DNA from: an uncultured bacterium
GTDB taxonomy: Bacteria > CSSED10-310 > CAZUFC01
NCBI GenBank assembly: GCA_964619725.1
Contig: CAZUFC010000055.1
Location: 1 to 21,960, forward strand
Length of the DNA stretch: 21,960 nucleotides
Direction: 5' to 3'
Below, piece after piece: positions 1 through 8,280 of this stretch (its first letter is position 1; every line of letters starts with the position of its first letter). The notes beneath the pieces were generated by a model. It saw only the letters and a program-made list of their open reading frames with translations. It did not search any database and was not told the origin of the DNA. Position numbers and translations under genes: made by a program.

Positions 1-63
1 TCCCTTTGTCCCTTTGTCCCTTTGTCCCTTTGTCCCTTTGTCCCTTTGTCCCTTTGTCCCTTT
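1..63. repeat. Perfect octamer tandem repeat (TCCCTTTG)n, about 7.9 copies, truncated by window start
   Basis: Direct reading: TCCCTTTG x7 followed by TCCCTTT. Confidence 0.97.
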
Positions 64-253
64 TTATCAAGGCCCGAACCCAGATTAACTAACGGCGTAA
101 TCGTCCCTGATACCGTTAACTTCTTCGTTCAGCATGGCGCCCAAGAATTTCAGTCCCTGTATTTCGTTTCGGCCAGTATCGGGCCAGATGAATTCATTTT
201 GAATGGCAATTTCCGCGTTCCCGGTTTCAAAGTCTGCCTTGTCGAAATCCGTG

Positions 254-1261
254 TTACCGGGAGCGCCGGCTCGCGGGGGATTTTCTTGCTATATAAAACA
301 GAGCTCCCACCAATCCCCAGAATAGGTAAAACGCTGCAGTGATCCAGGAATAGGAAAGGGCTTGTTCGGTAACGATTCCCGGTAATTTCGTGAAAAAGTG
401 TATGTCTACGGCTTCCCTGACGCCGAAGCCGCCTATGAACAGCGGCATGGATACCAATATGGTTCTTATGGGCATCAAAAAGAGATAGAAGAAGAATCCT
501 GCTGAGTTGAAACCCAGCGCTCGACCTACAAAATAAAAAGAAACGATGTACAAAAAATGAATGACGAAACCCAACAGAAACGCTTTTATCAGGGTCGTTC
601 GTGCCGTATTGTAAATTCTCAGGGCATTGAAGAATCTTTTGAGTATTGCATAGGGTTTTTCATATTTTCTTATTTTAAAGAAATGAATGAAAGGCTTCAT
701 GACGGCAGGGCGAAACAACAGCAGAAGGATCAAGGCCACCATCGTCATAAAAACGGCTGTCGCTACCCATAACTGATCTTTTATGGGCGTAAGATCGATG
801 CCTACATCAACCGGCATTAATATGCTGATGAATGCCAAAACCACCAGTGTGAACAATCCTATGCCTCGCTCCATGATAATTACGGCCGTCGATTCTATCC
901 GCGAGCCGTTCTGCCTGCCGGTGTCCATTATCCGCACTACGTCTCCTCCTATCCTTCCCGGCAGGAAAATACCGAAGAAATTACCCACTAAATAGTATTG
1001 AAATAATTTCATCAGAGGATAATCGATCCGCTGCACTTTCAGAAGAAAGTCCCATCGAAGCGAATTTAACATGAGGGCGATCAGGTGAAATCCGAAAATG
1101 AGGGGTAAATAGTAAAAATTAAAGTTCGACAGTGAATGGACCGTATCTTTTAAATCGACGTTGCGTCTCAGTATGAAGAAGACGATGAGGCTGAGAGAAA
1201 AAATTAATTTTAAAAGGAAAGAGATTATTTTTTTGCGAGGTTTGCCTTGAGTTTGAACCAT
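254..1261 (-). CDS. Lysylphosphatidylglycerol synthase TM-domain / flippase-like membrane protein (UPF0104-like)
   Basis: Multi-TM protein with family-typical motifs 'SLRWDFLL', 'GNFFGIFLPGRIGGDVVRI', 'MERGIG', 'PLFIGGFGVREA'. The C-terminus may be frameshifted (see findings). Confidence 0.85.
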   Translation of the reverse strand: MVQTQGKPRKKIISFLLKLIFSLSLIVFFILRRNVDLKDTVHSLSNFNFYYLPLIFGFHLIALMLNSLRWDFLLKVQRIDYPLMKLFQYYLVGNFFGIFLPGRIGGDVVRIMDTGRQNGSRIESTAVIIMERGIGLFTLVVLAFISILMPVDVGIDLTPIKDQLWVATAVFMTMVALILLLLFRPAVMKPFIHFFKIRKYEKPYAILKRFFNALRIYNTARTTLIKAFLLGFVIHFLYIVSFYFVGRALGFNSAGFFFYLFLMPIRTILVSMPLFIGGFGVREAVDIHFFTKLPGIVTEQALSYSWITAAFYLFWGLVGALFYIARKSPASRRSR

Positions 1262-1267
1262 ACGTTA

Positions 1268-2248
1268 CTATTCGGCGGAATCAGTCATAACCGGAAGGAA
1301 AGGGCTGTTTTCCGAAGGAAAGTAGCCTCGTTTATGGATGACCTGGGTATCAGGAAGATTGGAGATTACTTTGATGTCTCGCCATTGTCGAACGGCTTTA
1401 TTGTTTTCAGAGATATACCCCAGACGGTAAAAGGGGGCTTGAAGCGTGATCTGATCGAGAAACAACTGTTTCAGGGTCATGTCTCCCGTAACGTGCCGGT
1501 AGAATCCGCCTGTTTCATAGGAAAAGCGCCTCAACAGGTCCACTCCGACATCAATTCCAATGCCGATCGTGTATATCGGGATGCGTCTGAATTTACAATC
1601 GGAAATAATGGCGGATGTCCTCAACTTTTCGTTTTTCTTCTCCTTTTCGCCGCTCTGAGGTTCCCTGCCGTCGGAAAAAACTATTATCCATTGCGGCTCC
1701 TCAGCGTCTTTCGCCAGTCGCTCCAGCGCCCATTCCAGCGCCAGATAAAGCGCTGTTCCTCCTTTCGCCTCCAATTCTGCGACGCCGGTTTTAAGTTTCC
1801 CGATATCGTCGGTAAATTCGGCGATTGTGAAAACCTTATTATTGAAACCGGCCATCGCAATTCTTGACCCCGGGGGCAATTGATCCAACAGCAGACTTAC
1901 CGCATTTCTTTCCACCCACAAATATTTGTAAATGCTCCGGCTGCAATCGGCCAATATCACTATGCGCGGCGAAGGTTCAAGCGCCTTAAAGTCAATCACG
2001 TTCTGAACTTTACCCTCCTCCGTGACGATGAAATCCTCCCTGGTCAGTCCCTTGACATATTGCCCCTCTTCATTCAGAACCGAACAGGGAACCGTCACGT
2101 ATTGAATCCTGCTCTCATAACTCACCAGCGGAATATGACCGGTTTTGATTTCCGTCTCATACGGAAGAGGCTGCCCCGCACAAATATTTAAACCGGCGAC
2201 AAGTAATATTACCGCTATAAAAAACGCTTTATTGAATTCGCTTCGCAC
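1268..2248 (-). CDS. Exported VWA-domain protein (VWFA-related, Acidobacterial type)
   Basis: Signal peptide; 'G.YVKGLTREDFIVTEEGKVQ' N-module; MIDAS-like DCSRS, 'GGTALY', 'VFSDG', 'IYTIGIG', 'ETGG', C-terminal 'RGYF'. GGGGAGG RBS precedes a GTG start. Confidence 0.85.
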   Translation of the reverse strand: MRSEFNKAFFIAVILLVAGLNICAGQPLPYETEIKTGHIPLVSYESRIQYVTVPCSVLNEEGQYVKGLTREDFIVTEEGKVQNVIDFKALEPSPRIVILADCSRSIYKYLWVERNAVSLLLDQLPPGSRIAMAGFNNKVFTIAEFTDDIGKLKTGVAELEAKGGTALYLALEWALERLAKDAEEPQWIIVFSDGREPQSGEKEKKNEKLRTSAIISDCKFRRIPIYTIGIGIDVGVDLLRRFSYETGGFYRHVTGDMTLKQLFLDQITLQAPFYRLGYISENNKAVRQWRDIKVISNLPDTQVIHKRGYFPSENSPFLPVMTDSAE

Positions 2249-2326
2249 AGCGTCTGTCCTCCCCTTATAATCTACAACGCAGTTGAAGAAATGTTCAAGT
2301 CCATGGAACGTTTTTCCACGTTTTTC

Positions 2327-2355
2327 TTGTGATGATGGTCATCTCATGTTATCGT
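2327..2355 (+). promoter_or_regulatory. Putative sigma70-type promoter for trpS (TTGTGA-17-TATCGT, extended -10 TG)
   Basis: Consensus-like hexamers with 17-bp spacing, about 85 nt upstream of the trpS start. Confidence 0.35.
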
Positions 2356-2439
2356 GGGAATGATGAATCGCCGGCTTTTTTTCATATGATGCATGGACGG
2401 CCGGATAAAGAGAAGCTGAGGGACGAACAGGAGGTTATG

Positions 2440-3417
2440 ATGGAAAATCGAGTGATGAGCGGCATACAACCGACAGGAGATATACACATAGGCAATTATC
2501 TGGGAGCCATAAAGCAATGGGTGGAAATGACGAAAGACCATCTCTGTTTTTATGTGATCGTCGACTACCATGCCATTACGATTCAATATGATGCGAGCCG
2601 CTACGCTGAGGATATTCTGAGAGCCACCATGGTCAATATGGCTTGCGGACTTACTCCCGAAAACTGCCTGCTGTTTCCTCAATCACACGTTCCCGAACAT
2701 ACGGAGCTGGCCTGGGTTTTCAATACCTGCACCATGGTCGGAAGACTCACCAATATGACCCAATACAAAGAAAAAGCAGCCCAACATGCCGCCAACGTCA
2801 ATGCGGGACTGCTGAATTATCCCATTCTCCAGGCCGCAGATATTCTCATTTATAAAGCATCCAAAGTCCCCGTCGGCGAAGACCAGCTCCAGCACCTGGA
2901 ATTAACGCGGGAAATCGCCCGGCGCTTCAACAGCAATTTCGGCGAAACATTCCCTCAACCGGTAGCCTGCGGCAAATCCATCAGACTGCTCGGACTTGAC
3001 GGCGAACAAAAAATGTCCAAGAGCCTCAACAATTATATCGGAATGCTGGATGACGAAAAAACCATCTGGGATAAATTGAGACCGGCGAAAACTGACGTCC
3101 AGAGAATCAAAAAATCCGATCCGGGAAGACCCTATATGTGCAATGTCTACTCCATGCACGAATTCTTTACGCCCGAAGATGAAAGAAAAGAATGTTATGA
3201 AAATTGCGAGGCAGCAGCCTTCGGATGCATAGATTGTAAAAAAATCCTGCTCAAGAATATGCTGGAAACCATTCGGCCTATTCAGGAACGCTATTACGAA
3301 CTGGAAAAAGACCGGGATTATGTTAAGGATTTTCTGAGACAAAGCGCCCGGAAAGCGCGAGAACACGCCAAACAAACCATAGATGAAGTCAGAAGCAAAC
3401 TCGGACTTTGGATTTGA
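2440..3417 (+). CDS. trpS: Tryptophan--tRNA ligase
   Basis: SGIQPTG, HIGNYLGA, YPILQAADIL, VPVGEDQ, KMSKS. Start reassigned to ATG 2440 (or 2437) behind the AGGAGG RBS. Confidence 0.97.
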   Translation: MENRVMSGIQPTGDIHIGNYLGAIKQWVEMTKDHLCFYVIVDYHAITIQYDASRYAEDILRATMVNMACGLTPENCLLFPQSHVPEHTELAWVFNTCTMVGRLTNMTQYKEKAAQHAANVNAGLLNYPILQAADILIYKASKVPVGEDQLQHLELTREIARRFNSNFGETFPQPVACGKSIRLLGLDGEQKMSKSLNNYIGMLDDEKTIWDKLRPAKTDVQRIKKSDPGRPYMCNVYSMHEFFTPEDERKECYENCEAAAFGCIDCKKILLKNMLETIRPIQERYYELEKDRDYVKDFLRQSARKAREHAKQTIDEVRSKLGLWI

Positions 3418-4165
3418 CGCCTTTTCCCTGATCGGGAAATCATCCGGTTCCACACGCCGTATCCTCAAATCCATCGCCGGAGCCCTGCATACTTTTTCCA
3501 TGATAAACGAGGGCGACAGCATTGCTGCAGCTCTTTCAGGCGGAAAAGACAGTTGGACCCTGCTCTGCTTTCTGCAATATTTCAGGAAAGCAGCGCCCAT
3601 AAACTTTAAAATGACGGCGCTCTTCCTGGATGCCGGATTCGACCGGAAAGGCGATTCCGAAAAAAAACGGCATACGCTATGCGCCTCTCTGGAAAAAATG
3701 GGAATCCGTTACCGCATCATCCGCCGAAACATCCAAGATACTATAAGAAAAAAACAGGACCCTAAAAAAAATATCTGCTCGTTCTGTTCCCGGCTCCGGC
3801 GGGGAGCCATCTGCCGCACGGCAGTTGAATCCGGATGCAATAAATTAGCCCTGGGGCATCATGCCGACGATATGGTGGAAACGCTTCTCATGAATATGTT
3901 TTACAACGCCAGGACTGATTGCTTGAAACCGGTTATGCACGCGGATGAAACCGACATAACCGTTATCCGCCCCCTGGTTCAATGCTGGGAAAAAGATATA
4001 AACGACTTTTTTCAATTAACCGGTCTGCCCCTATTCCCACGCATCTGTCCGCCGGGAACGAGTCCCTCGCCGCAAAGACGCTGGATCAAAAAACTCCTCG
4101 CCGACATCTCACGCCATAATCCTCAAATAAAACCCAATCTCCTCTCGGTTTGCCTGGACCGCTAG
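3383..4165 (+). CDS. ttcA: tRNA 2-thiocytidine biosynthesis TtcA-family protein (PP-loop ATPase)
   Basis: SGGKDS PP-loop, CSFCSRLRRG, LALGHHADD..ET.LMN, IRPL. Overlaps the trpS 3' end; exact start uncertain. Confidence 0.82.
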   Translation: MKSEANSDFGFDAFSLIGKSSGSTRRILKSIAGALHTFSMINEGDSIAAALSGGKDSWTLLCFLQYFRKAAPINFKMTALFLDAGFDRKGDSEKKRHTLCASLEKMGIRYRIIRRNIQDTIRKKQDPKKNICSFCSRLRRGAICRTAVESGCNKLALGHHADDMVETLLMNMFYNARTDCLKPVMHADETDITVIRPLVQCWEKDINDFFQLTGLPLFPRICPPGTSPSPQRRWIKKLLADISRHNPQIKPNLLSVCLDR

Positions 4166-4206
4166 AAGTCTTCGACAACTATAACCTGGGTAATATCCCT
4201 TCGTTT

Positions 4207-4734
4207 TTATGTAGGTTCATTCAATTCGCATCCTGAATTTTTCCTCAGATTTATTTCCAATTTTTCCACAAAATAATCCTTGCTGGGAACATTAGCGCTG
4301 CTTTTAAAAGCATCAAACAAATTTTCTATTGACGAGGATTCGGTTCTTGTTTTCCTTAATTCATATTTTCCAGACTCTTTCTTAATATCGTAAACCATGA
4401 ACACACTTTTATCTTGAACATCATAATCCAGACTTTTTAAATTATATCGGTCAACGAAATTCTTCCAGACCGGTTCCTGGACCGCCCAATATATTTTATT
4501 TCCCCATTTCTCCAGCGTTATTCCCTTATTGAGAATCTGCGTAAAAGTTCTTTTCCAAATATCAGCCATATTTAAACCGAAAGGATAATTTTCCTTCGCT
4601 ATATCTTTTCCCTTTATGAAATCTTCAAGCGATTTGATGAGTTGCCCAGTACCTGTAGTTTGCGCTGTCTGGAATTCTATCAAAATAAAATCTTCGATAT
4701 CGTAACCGAATATTTCAGCCGGATATTTACGCAC
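4207..4734 (-). pseudogene. NotI-family restriction endonuclease, apparently with a large in-frame internal deletion
   Basis: GAAGGAG RBS plus GTG start; 'YPAEIFGY' joined directly to 'DIEDFILIEFQ..TTG', then 'GLN.ADIWKR...QIL.KG...EKW..KIYWAVQ', as recalled for NotI-like nucleases. No Cys cluster. AT-rich. Confidence 0.6.
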
Positions 4735-4735
4735 T

Positions 4736-4944
4736 TCAGTCTCCTTCAAGAAGGTCTTTCCAACGATTCTTTATTTCATTTTCATTTAAGTGTTTGGTCT
4801 GTACAGATGTTTATTGAAGGCTTCAAGGTGTGCCAGTTGATTTGCCCGCTCCTCTGGAAAAGTTTTGTCTATGGATAATTTTGTTTTTGTTTTTTTTGTA
4901 TGTGAAGCGCCGAAATCAAATTTCAACTGCACTGGTATTTTCAC
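4736..4944 (-). pseudogene. Remnant of a DUF1156-type adenine DNA methyltransferase (N-terminal about 52 aa plus out-of-frame putative C-terminal 17 aa)
   Basis: GAGGAGG RBS plus GTG 4944; 'SIDKTFPEERANQLAHLEAFNKHLYRPNT' stops where 'xLHKWWARR' is expected. An adjacent frame reads LNENEIKNRWKDLLEGD-stop, ending 1 nt before the nuclease start. Confidence 0.55.
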
Positions 4945-5201
4945 GGAATCCTCCTCTTCCAGAACATGATACAACCCGTTTCTCTTTTTTAAAAGCCCCT
5001 TTGAAATTCCTTGTTCTCAGATGAAAATTTGTCGGTAATCAAAATACACAAATTCCTGTAAACAAGAACATCAAACTCCGCAAACACGGATAGCTCGGCT
5101 TATCACTGACAAGACAGGAAGTGATTCGCAAAAATTGTCATACCGATTTGATCAGTCCCGATAATTTTACTCCGTATGCCTTAACATAATTCAGAGAAAC
5201 G

Positions 5202-5228
5202 AAAAAAGCGCTCCCGAAAGAGCGCTTT
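5202..5228 (-). terminator. Rho-independent terminator
   Basis: On the minus strand, AAAGCGCTC-TTTCGG-GAGCGCTTTTTT lies 20 nt after the stop at 5249. Confidence 0.85.
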
Positions 5229-5248
5229 AATTGATTTTTTCGTTTATT

Positions 5249-5986
5249 TCAGTGCGCCAAGGGATAAGGAGCGATCAGTTCGTTTTCCTCTTGATGGGGA
5301 GTGCATTCCCAGATGCCGTCGACGTAGACGTTTCCTGTGAAGGCTATGTCGGGATTGAAGAAATCGACCATCATGGCCCAGTCGTATACGCCTTCGCCGG
5401 CGTATCCGGCATCCCTGTCGATATTGCCTGACGCTTCCTGCGCGCCGCTAACGGTCAAATCCCCGAAGTTCAAGGGTATGGTCGTTTCCGGCAGAAATAC
5501 CGGCATCATTTCCAGGTCACCGTTGAATAAATTGATCAAACCCATCCATGGAAGGAATTCCAGTCTTTCCAGGTAAACTTTTACTATACTTCCGAATGCG
5601 CCTTCCTGTTCGAGACTCGCATTATACGGCAGCCAACCTCGCCACCAGGCAGCAAAATCACCCCAATAAGGACTGATTTCCGCCATCAGTCCGGCGATCA
5701 GTTCTTCCACAAAATCTCTCGCCATCTCCTTGAATTGTTCGGGAATGTAAGGGCAATCGTCGATATAATCGAAAAGTATGTCCTGGAAATCATAAAACAG
5801 GTGTTCAGGAAATTCGTCAAGGTTGAATTCCCCGGTAAATTCGAATGGCAGTCCGTAAAAATCCAGATTCACATCGAACGAAACCATCAGTTCGGGATAA
5901 CTCAGCTCGTATTCGCCCTCGAATTCATCCGCATAAACCGCAGCGCCGATAAAAACCGCTAATAAAATGATGAGTGTCCGCTTCAT
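5249..5986 (-). CDS. Secreted acidic hypothetical protein (paralog of 6164..6850)
   Basis: AAAGGAGG RBS; signal peptide MKRTLIILLAVFIGAAVYA; D/E- and aromatic-rich; colinear similarity to the upstream gene. Confidence 0.8.
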   Translation of the reverse strand: MKRTLIILLAVFIGAAVYADEFEGEYELSYPELMVSFDVNLDFYGLPFEFTGEFNLDEFPEHLFYDFQDILFDYIDDCPYIPEQFKEMARDFVEELIAGLMAEISPYWGDFAAWWRGWLPYNASLEQEGAFGSIVKVYLERLEFLPWMGLINLFNGDLEMMPVFLPETTIPLNFGDLTVSGAQEASGNIDRDAGYAGEGVYDWAMMVDFFNPDIAFTGNVYVDGIWECTPHQEENELIAPYPLAH

Positions 5987-6041
5987 CAAAACCTCCTTTC
6001 AAAACCGTCATTCATTTTAAATGATAAGACATCTGAAATCA

Positions 6042-6079
6042 AAAATAAAACGCCCGGCCGAGGCCGGGCGTTTTATTTT
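6042..6079. terminator. Perfect 18-bp inverted repeat, bidirectional-type intrinsic terminator
   Basis: AAAATAAAACGCCCGGCC-GA-GGCCGGGCGTTTTATTTT, between the two paralogs. Confidence 0.8.
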
Positions 6080-6163
6080 CGTCTTTTTTTTCAAATAATT
6101 AAGGCGTTTTTCCTTTACAGCTCAAGTTAATATTCCCAGAATGCCCTCAGGCAGCCCGGAACA

Positions 6164-6850
6164 TCATTCGGCAGGCAACATTTCCCATTGCCCCTTCAAT
6201 CCCAGTCCCGTGCACATGATGAAAGCGGGATTCACCAGCACGAATTCCGCTCCATACGCAAATTCGCCTGTACCGTAATAATCCTCATCTCGGAATATGT
6301 CTCCCCGCGCGTCAAGCAGAGCGAATTGAGTCAGCGAACCGACGGGAGTTTGGGCAGAATCGACGGGGAGGATAAGAGGCAGCATTTCCAGGTGACCGTT
6401 ATTGACGTCTATGAATCCCAGCCACTCCCAATCGTTTTCCTCCAGTTGCAACGTCATGATTGACTCAAATATCCAGTCGCCCTGTTCCAAAGCCAGATAC
6501 TGAGGTAAAGTATCCCGCATTTGCTGCGCATAAACAGGCCAGTTTTCCCGCAACTCCTCCAAAGCCTCGTTTATCATGGCCTTCAATTCGTCCTTCTCCT
6601 CTTCCGTTAAAAACGGACAATTGTCGATCATCTCAAAAATCAGGTCCCTGATCTCGAAAAATTCTTCTTCAGGGAATTCGTCCATATCCAACTCAACCTC
6701 GAATCCGCCTCCCCAGCCGCCGATCATCAAACCGAAATTGAACGTCATGTTCAAATCCGGATACTCCAAATCATACGTCCCTTCAAATTCGCCTGCATGA
6801 GCTGCGCAAGCCGGCAAAACGATCAGACACAGAAATATTACGCTTTTCAT
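6164..6850 (-). CDS. Secreted acidic hypothetical protein (paralog of 5249..5986)
   Basis: AGGAGG RBS before ATG 6850; signal peptide ending AAHA; shared motifs EFEGxYxLxYP, DEFPE, IDxCP, NGxLEMxP, GxIxRD, GxWE. Confidence 0.8.
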   Translation of the reverse strand: MKSVIFLCLIVLPACAAHAGEFEGTYDLEYPDLNMTFNFGLMIGGWGGGFEVELDMDEFPEEEFFEIRDLIFEMIDNCPFLTEEEKDELKAMINEALEELRENWPVYAQQMRDTLPQYLALEQGDWIFESIMTLQLEENDWEWLGFIDVNNGHLEMLPLILPVDSAQTPVGSLTQFALLDARGDIFRDEDYYGTGEFAYGAEFVLVNPAFIMCTGLGLKGQWEMLPAE

Positions 6851-6907
6851 ATACACCCTCCTATTTCCTGGTGAACATTAAAAAATCAACTCTGTCGCCT
6901 TCTTGGC

Positions 6908-6924
6908 AGCAATCTTCATGCCGG
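6908..6924 (-). promoter_or_regulatory. Putative sigma54 (-24/-12) promoter
   Basis: Minus strand CCGGCATGAAGATTGCT matches the consensus YTGGCACGNNNNTTGCW, with exact GG-N10-GC spacing, about 58 nt upstream of ATG 6850. Confidence 0.65.
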
Positions 6925-7032
6925 CTTATCCGGAAAAATTATAATTGCTTTTAATCTATTCTATTTTTTAAATTTTTATCGAAAATTCACCGGTTCGACG
7001 CATTGAAACGATTCATTTGAAAATACCGCGCC

Positions 7033-7107
7033 TGTCACACCGTGAACAAAATCAACATGTTACTTTTAAAGACTTTTTAATGAAGCTGCCGTAATCCGGC
7101 ATTACGG
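7033..7107. promoter_or_regulatory. Candidate enhancer/activator sites: TGT-N10-ACA (7033-7048) and the palindrome CCGTAAT-N5-ATTACGG (7089-7107)
   Basis: Located about 110-180 bp upstream of the sigma54 motif and separated from it by an AT-rich tract. The second element could instead be a terminator-like hairpin of the rhomboid gene. Confidence 0.35.
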
Positions 7108-7185
7108 GAAAAAAATTTCGCGGCTTGCAACCTTTATTTCCCTGAAAATGCCTGCATCTGATCCTGATGCGTTCTGCATACGAGT

Positions 7186-8163
7186 TCAATGGAATTTATG
7201 CCGAATTTTCATACTTGGTGCGGGCTGTTTTTTTTGAGAGCCTGCGGCTTTAATGACGAGAGCGGCGACGAACCCGAAGGCGAACCCGCCGATATGCGCC
7301 CAGAAGGCTACATTGGTCATTTCGGGCATATCTTTATACATCAGGCCCAGGAAGAGCTGCTGTCCGAACCACAGAAGCAGAGCGAAGGCTGCGGGAACGA
7401 AAAATGTTCCCATTCTGACGATAACGAAAAGCCACATGAAATAGAAAAGTTTAACTTTGGCTTTACCGTGCAGAACCATGAACGCTCCCATCAGCCCGGC
7501 GACGGCCCCGGAAGCTCCGACCATCTCTTCAGTCGACTCCGGATAGATAAGGTCCTGACAGAAAGCCGCAACGATGCCGCCGATAATGAAAAAAATGAGG
7601 ACCGGAATATGCCCGAAATCATCCTCAAAATTAGCGCCGACCATCCAAAAGAACCATAAGTTGAAAACAAGGTGCAGCCAGCCTCCGTGAAAGAACATGT
7701 ATGTAATGATGTGGTAGGAGAATCCCTGTTGAGCATGATGGCCGAACCGTTTAAAAATATGGTTTTGCCTGGCCTCTTCCAGCCGGTCGGTGATCCGTTT
7801 CCATCGCTTGTACTGCCTGGAATTCTTCGGATAAATTTTACCCTGGTCCAGCTTGTCCATGAATTCTTCACGGGCTTCCTCGCTCTTTTCCGCCAGCTTT
7901 TTCATCGAATCGCCGTAAGTTAATCCGATTCCCTCAACGTCATCAGTGGATAAATCGTTAAAAGGCAAAATAAATTCGTCCGAGCGCGCTTCGCTGAGGA
8001 AATTATCCCTTTTGAGTTCGTATCGCGCTATCACTTCGTTCTGGTAGTTCACGGTTCGATTGACGTAAATGTGCAAGAGGAACATTAAAGCCATCAATCC
8101 CACGGTTACGTAAGGTCGACGGATTACAGTCCTGTCATGACCCACCGGCAGAATGACGATCAT
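7186..8163 (-). CDS. Rhomboid family intramembrane serine protease
   Basis: MFFHGGWLHLVFN, VGASGAVAG (catalytic Ser), VAFWAHIGGF (catalytic His). GGGAGG RBS before ATG 8163. Confidence 0.93.
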   Translation of the reverse strand: MIVILPVGHDRTVIRRPYVTVGLMALMFLLHIYVNRTVNYQNEVIARYELKRDNFLSEARSDEFILPFNDLSTDDVEGIGLTYGDSMKKLAEKSEEAREEFMDKLDQGKIYPKNSRQYKRWKRITDRLEEARQNHIFKRFGHHAQQGFSYHIITYMFFHGGWLHLVFNLWFFWMVGANFEDDFGHIPVLIFFIIGGIVAAFCQDLIYPESTEEMVGASGAVAGLMGAFMVLHGKAKVKLFYFMWLFVIVRMGTFFVPAAFALLLWFGQQLFLGLMYKDMPEMTNVAFWAHIGGFAFGFVAALVIKAAGSQKKQPAPSMKIRHKFH

Positions 8164-8198
8164 TTTCAACCTCCCGTGTCGTCGTCACACCAGTCTAT

Positions 8199-8227
8199 AT
8201 TTTAAGGAAAAAAAAGGAACTGATCAA
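8199..8227 (-). promoter_or_regulatory. Putative sigma70 promoter for the rhomboid gene (TTGATC-17-TAAAAT)
   Basis: Near-consensus hexamers with a 17-bp spacer, 35 nt upstream of the start. Confidence 0.5.
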
Positions 8228-8280
8228 ATGGGATTACAATCTTTGCGAATCGCTTCTTCTCTTATCCGTGATAATCCCTG

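Noticed and set aside
22..342. 106-aa + strand ORF starting in the octamer repeat
   Set aside because: It begins in the microsatellite (SLCPFVPL pattern) and is antisense to the flippase 3' region.
1247..1867. Long antisense ORFs (also 2902..3600, 7189..7659, 11993..12562, 18765..19897)
   Set aside because: They are shadows of well-supported genes on the opposite strand and have no recognisable motifs.
2329..2439. N-terminal extension of trpS or a T-box leader
   Set aside because: A strong RBS precedes ATG 2437/2440. The leader is short and I see no T-box motif or terminator/antiterminator.
4166..5200. Mobile element boundaries around the AT-rich R-M remnant
   Set aside because: I found no integrase, transposase, tRNA target or flanking direct repeats by eye.
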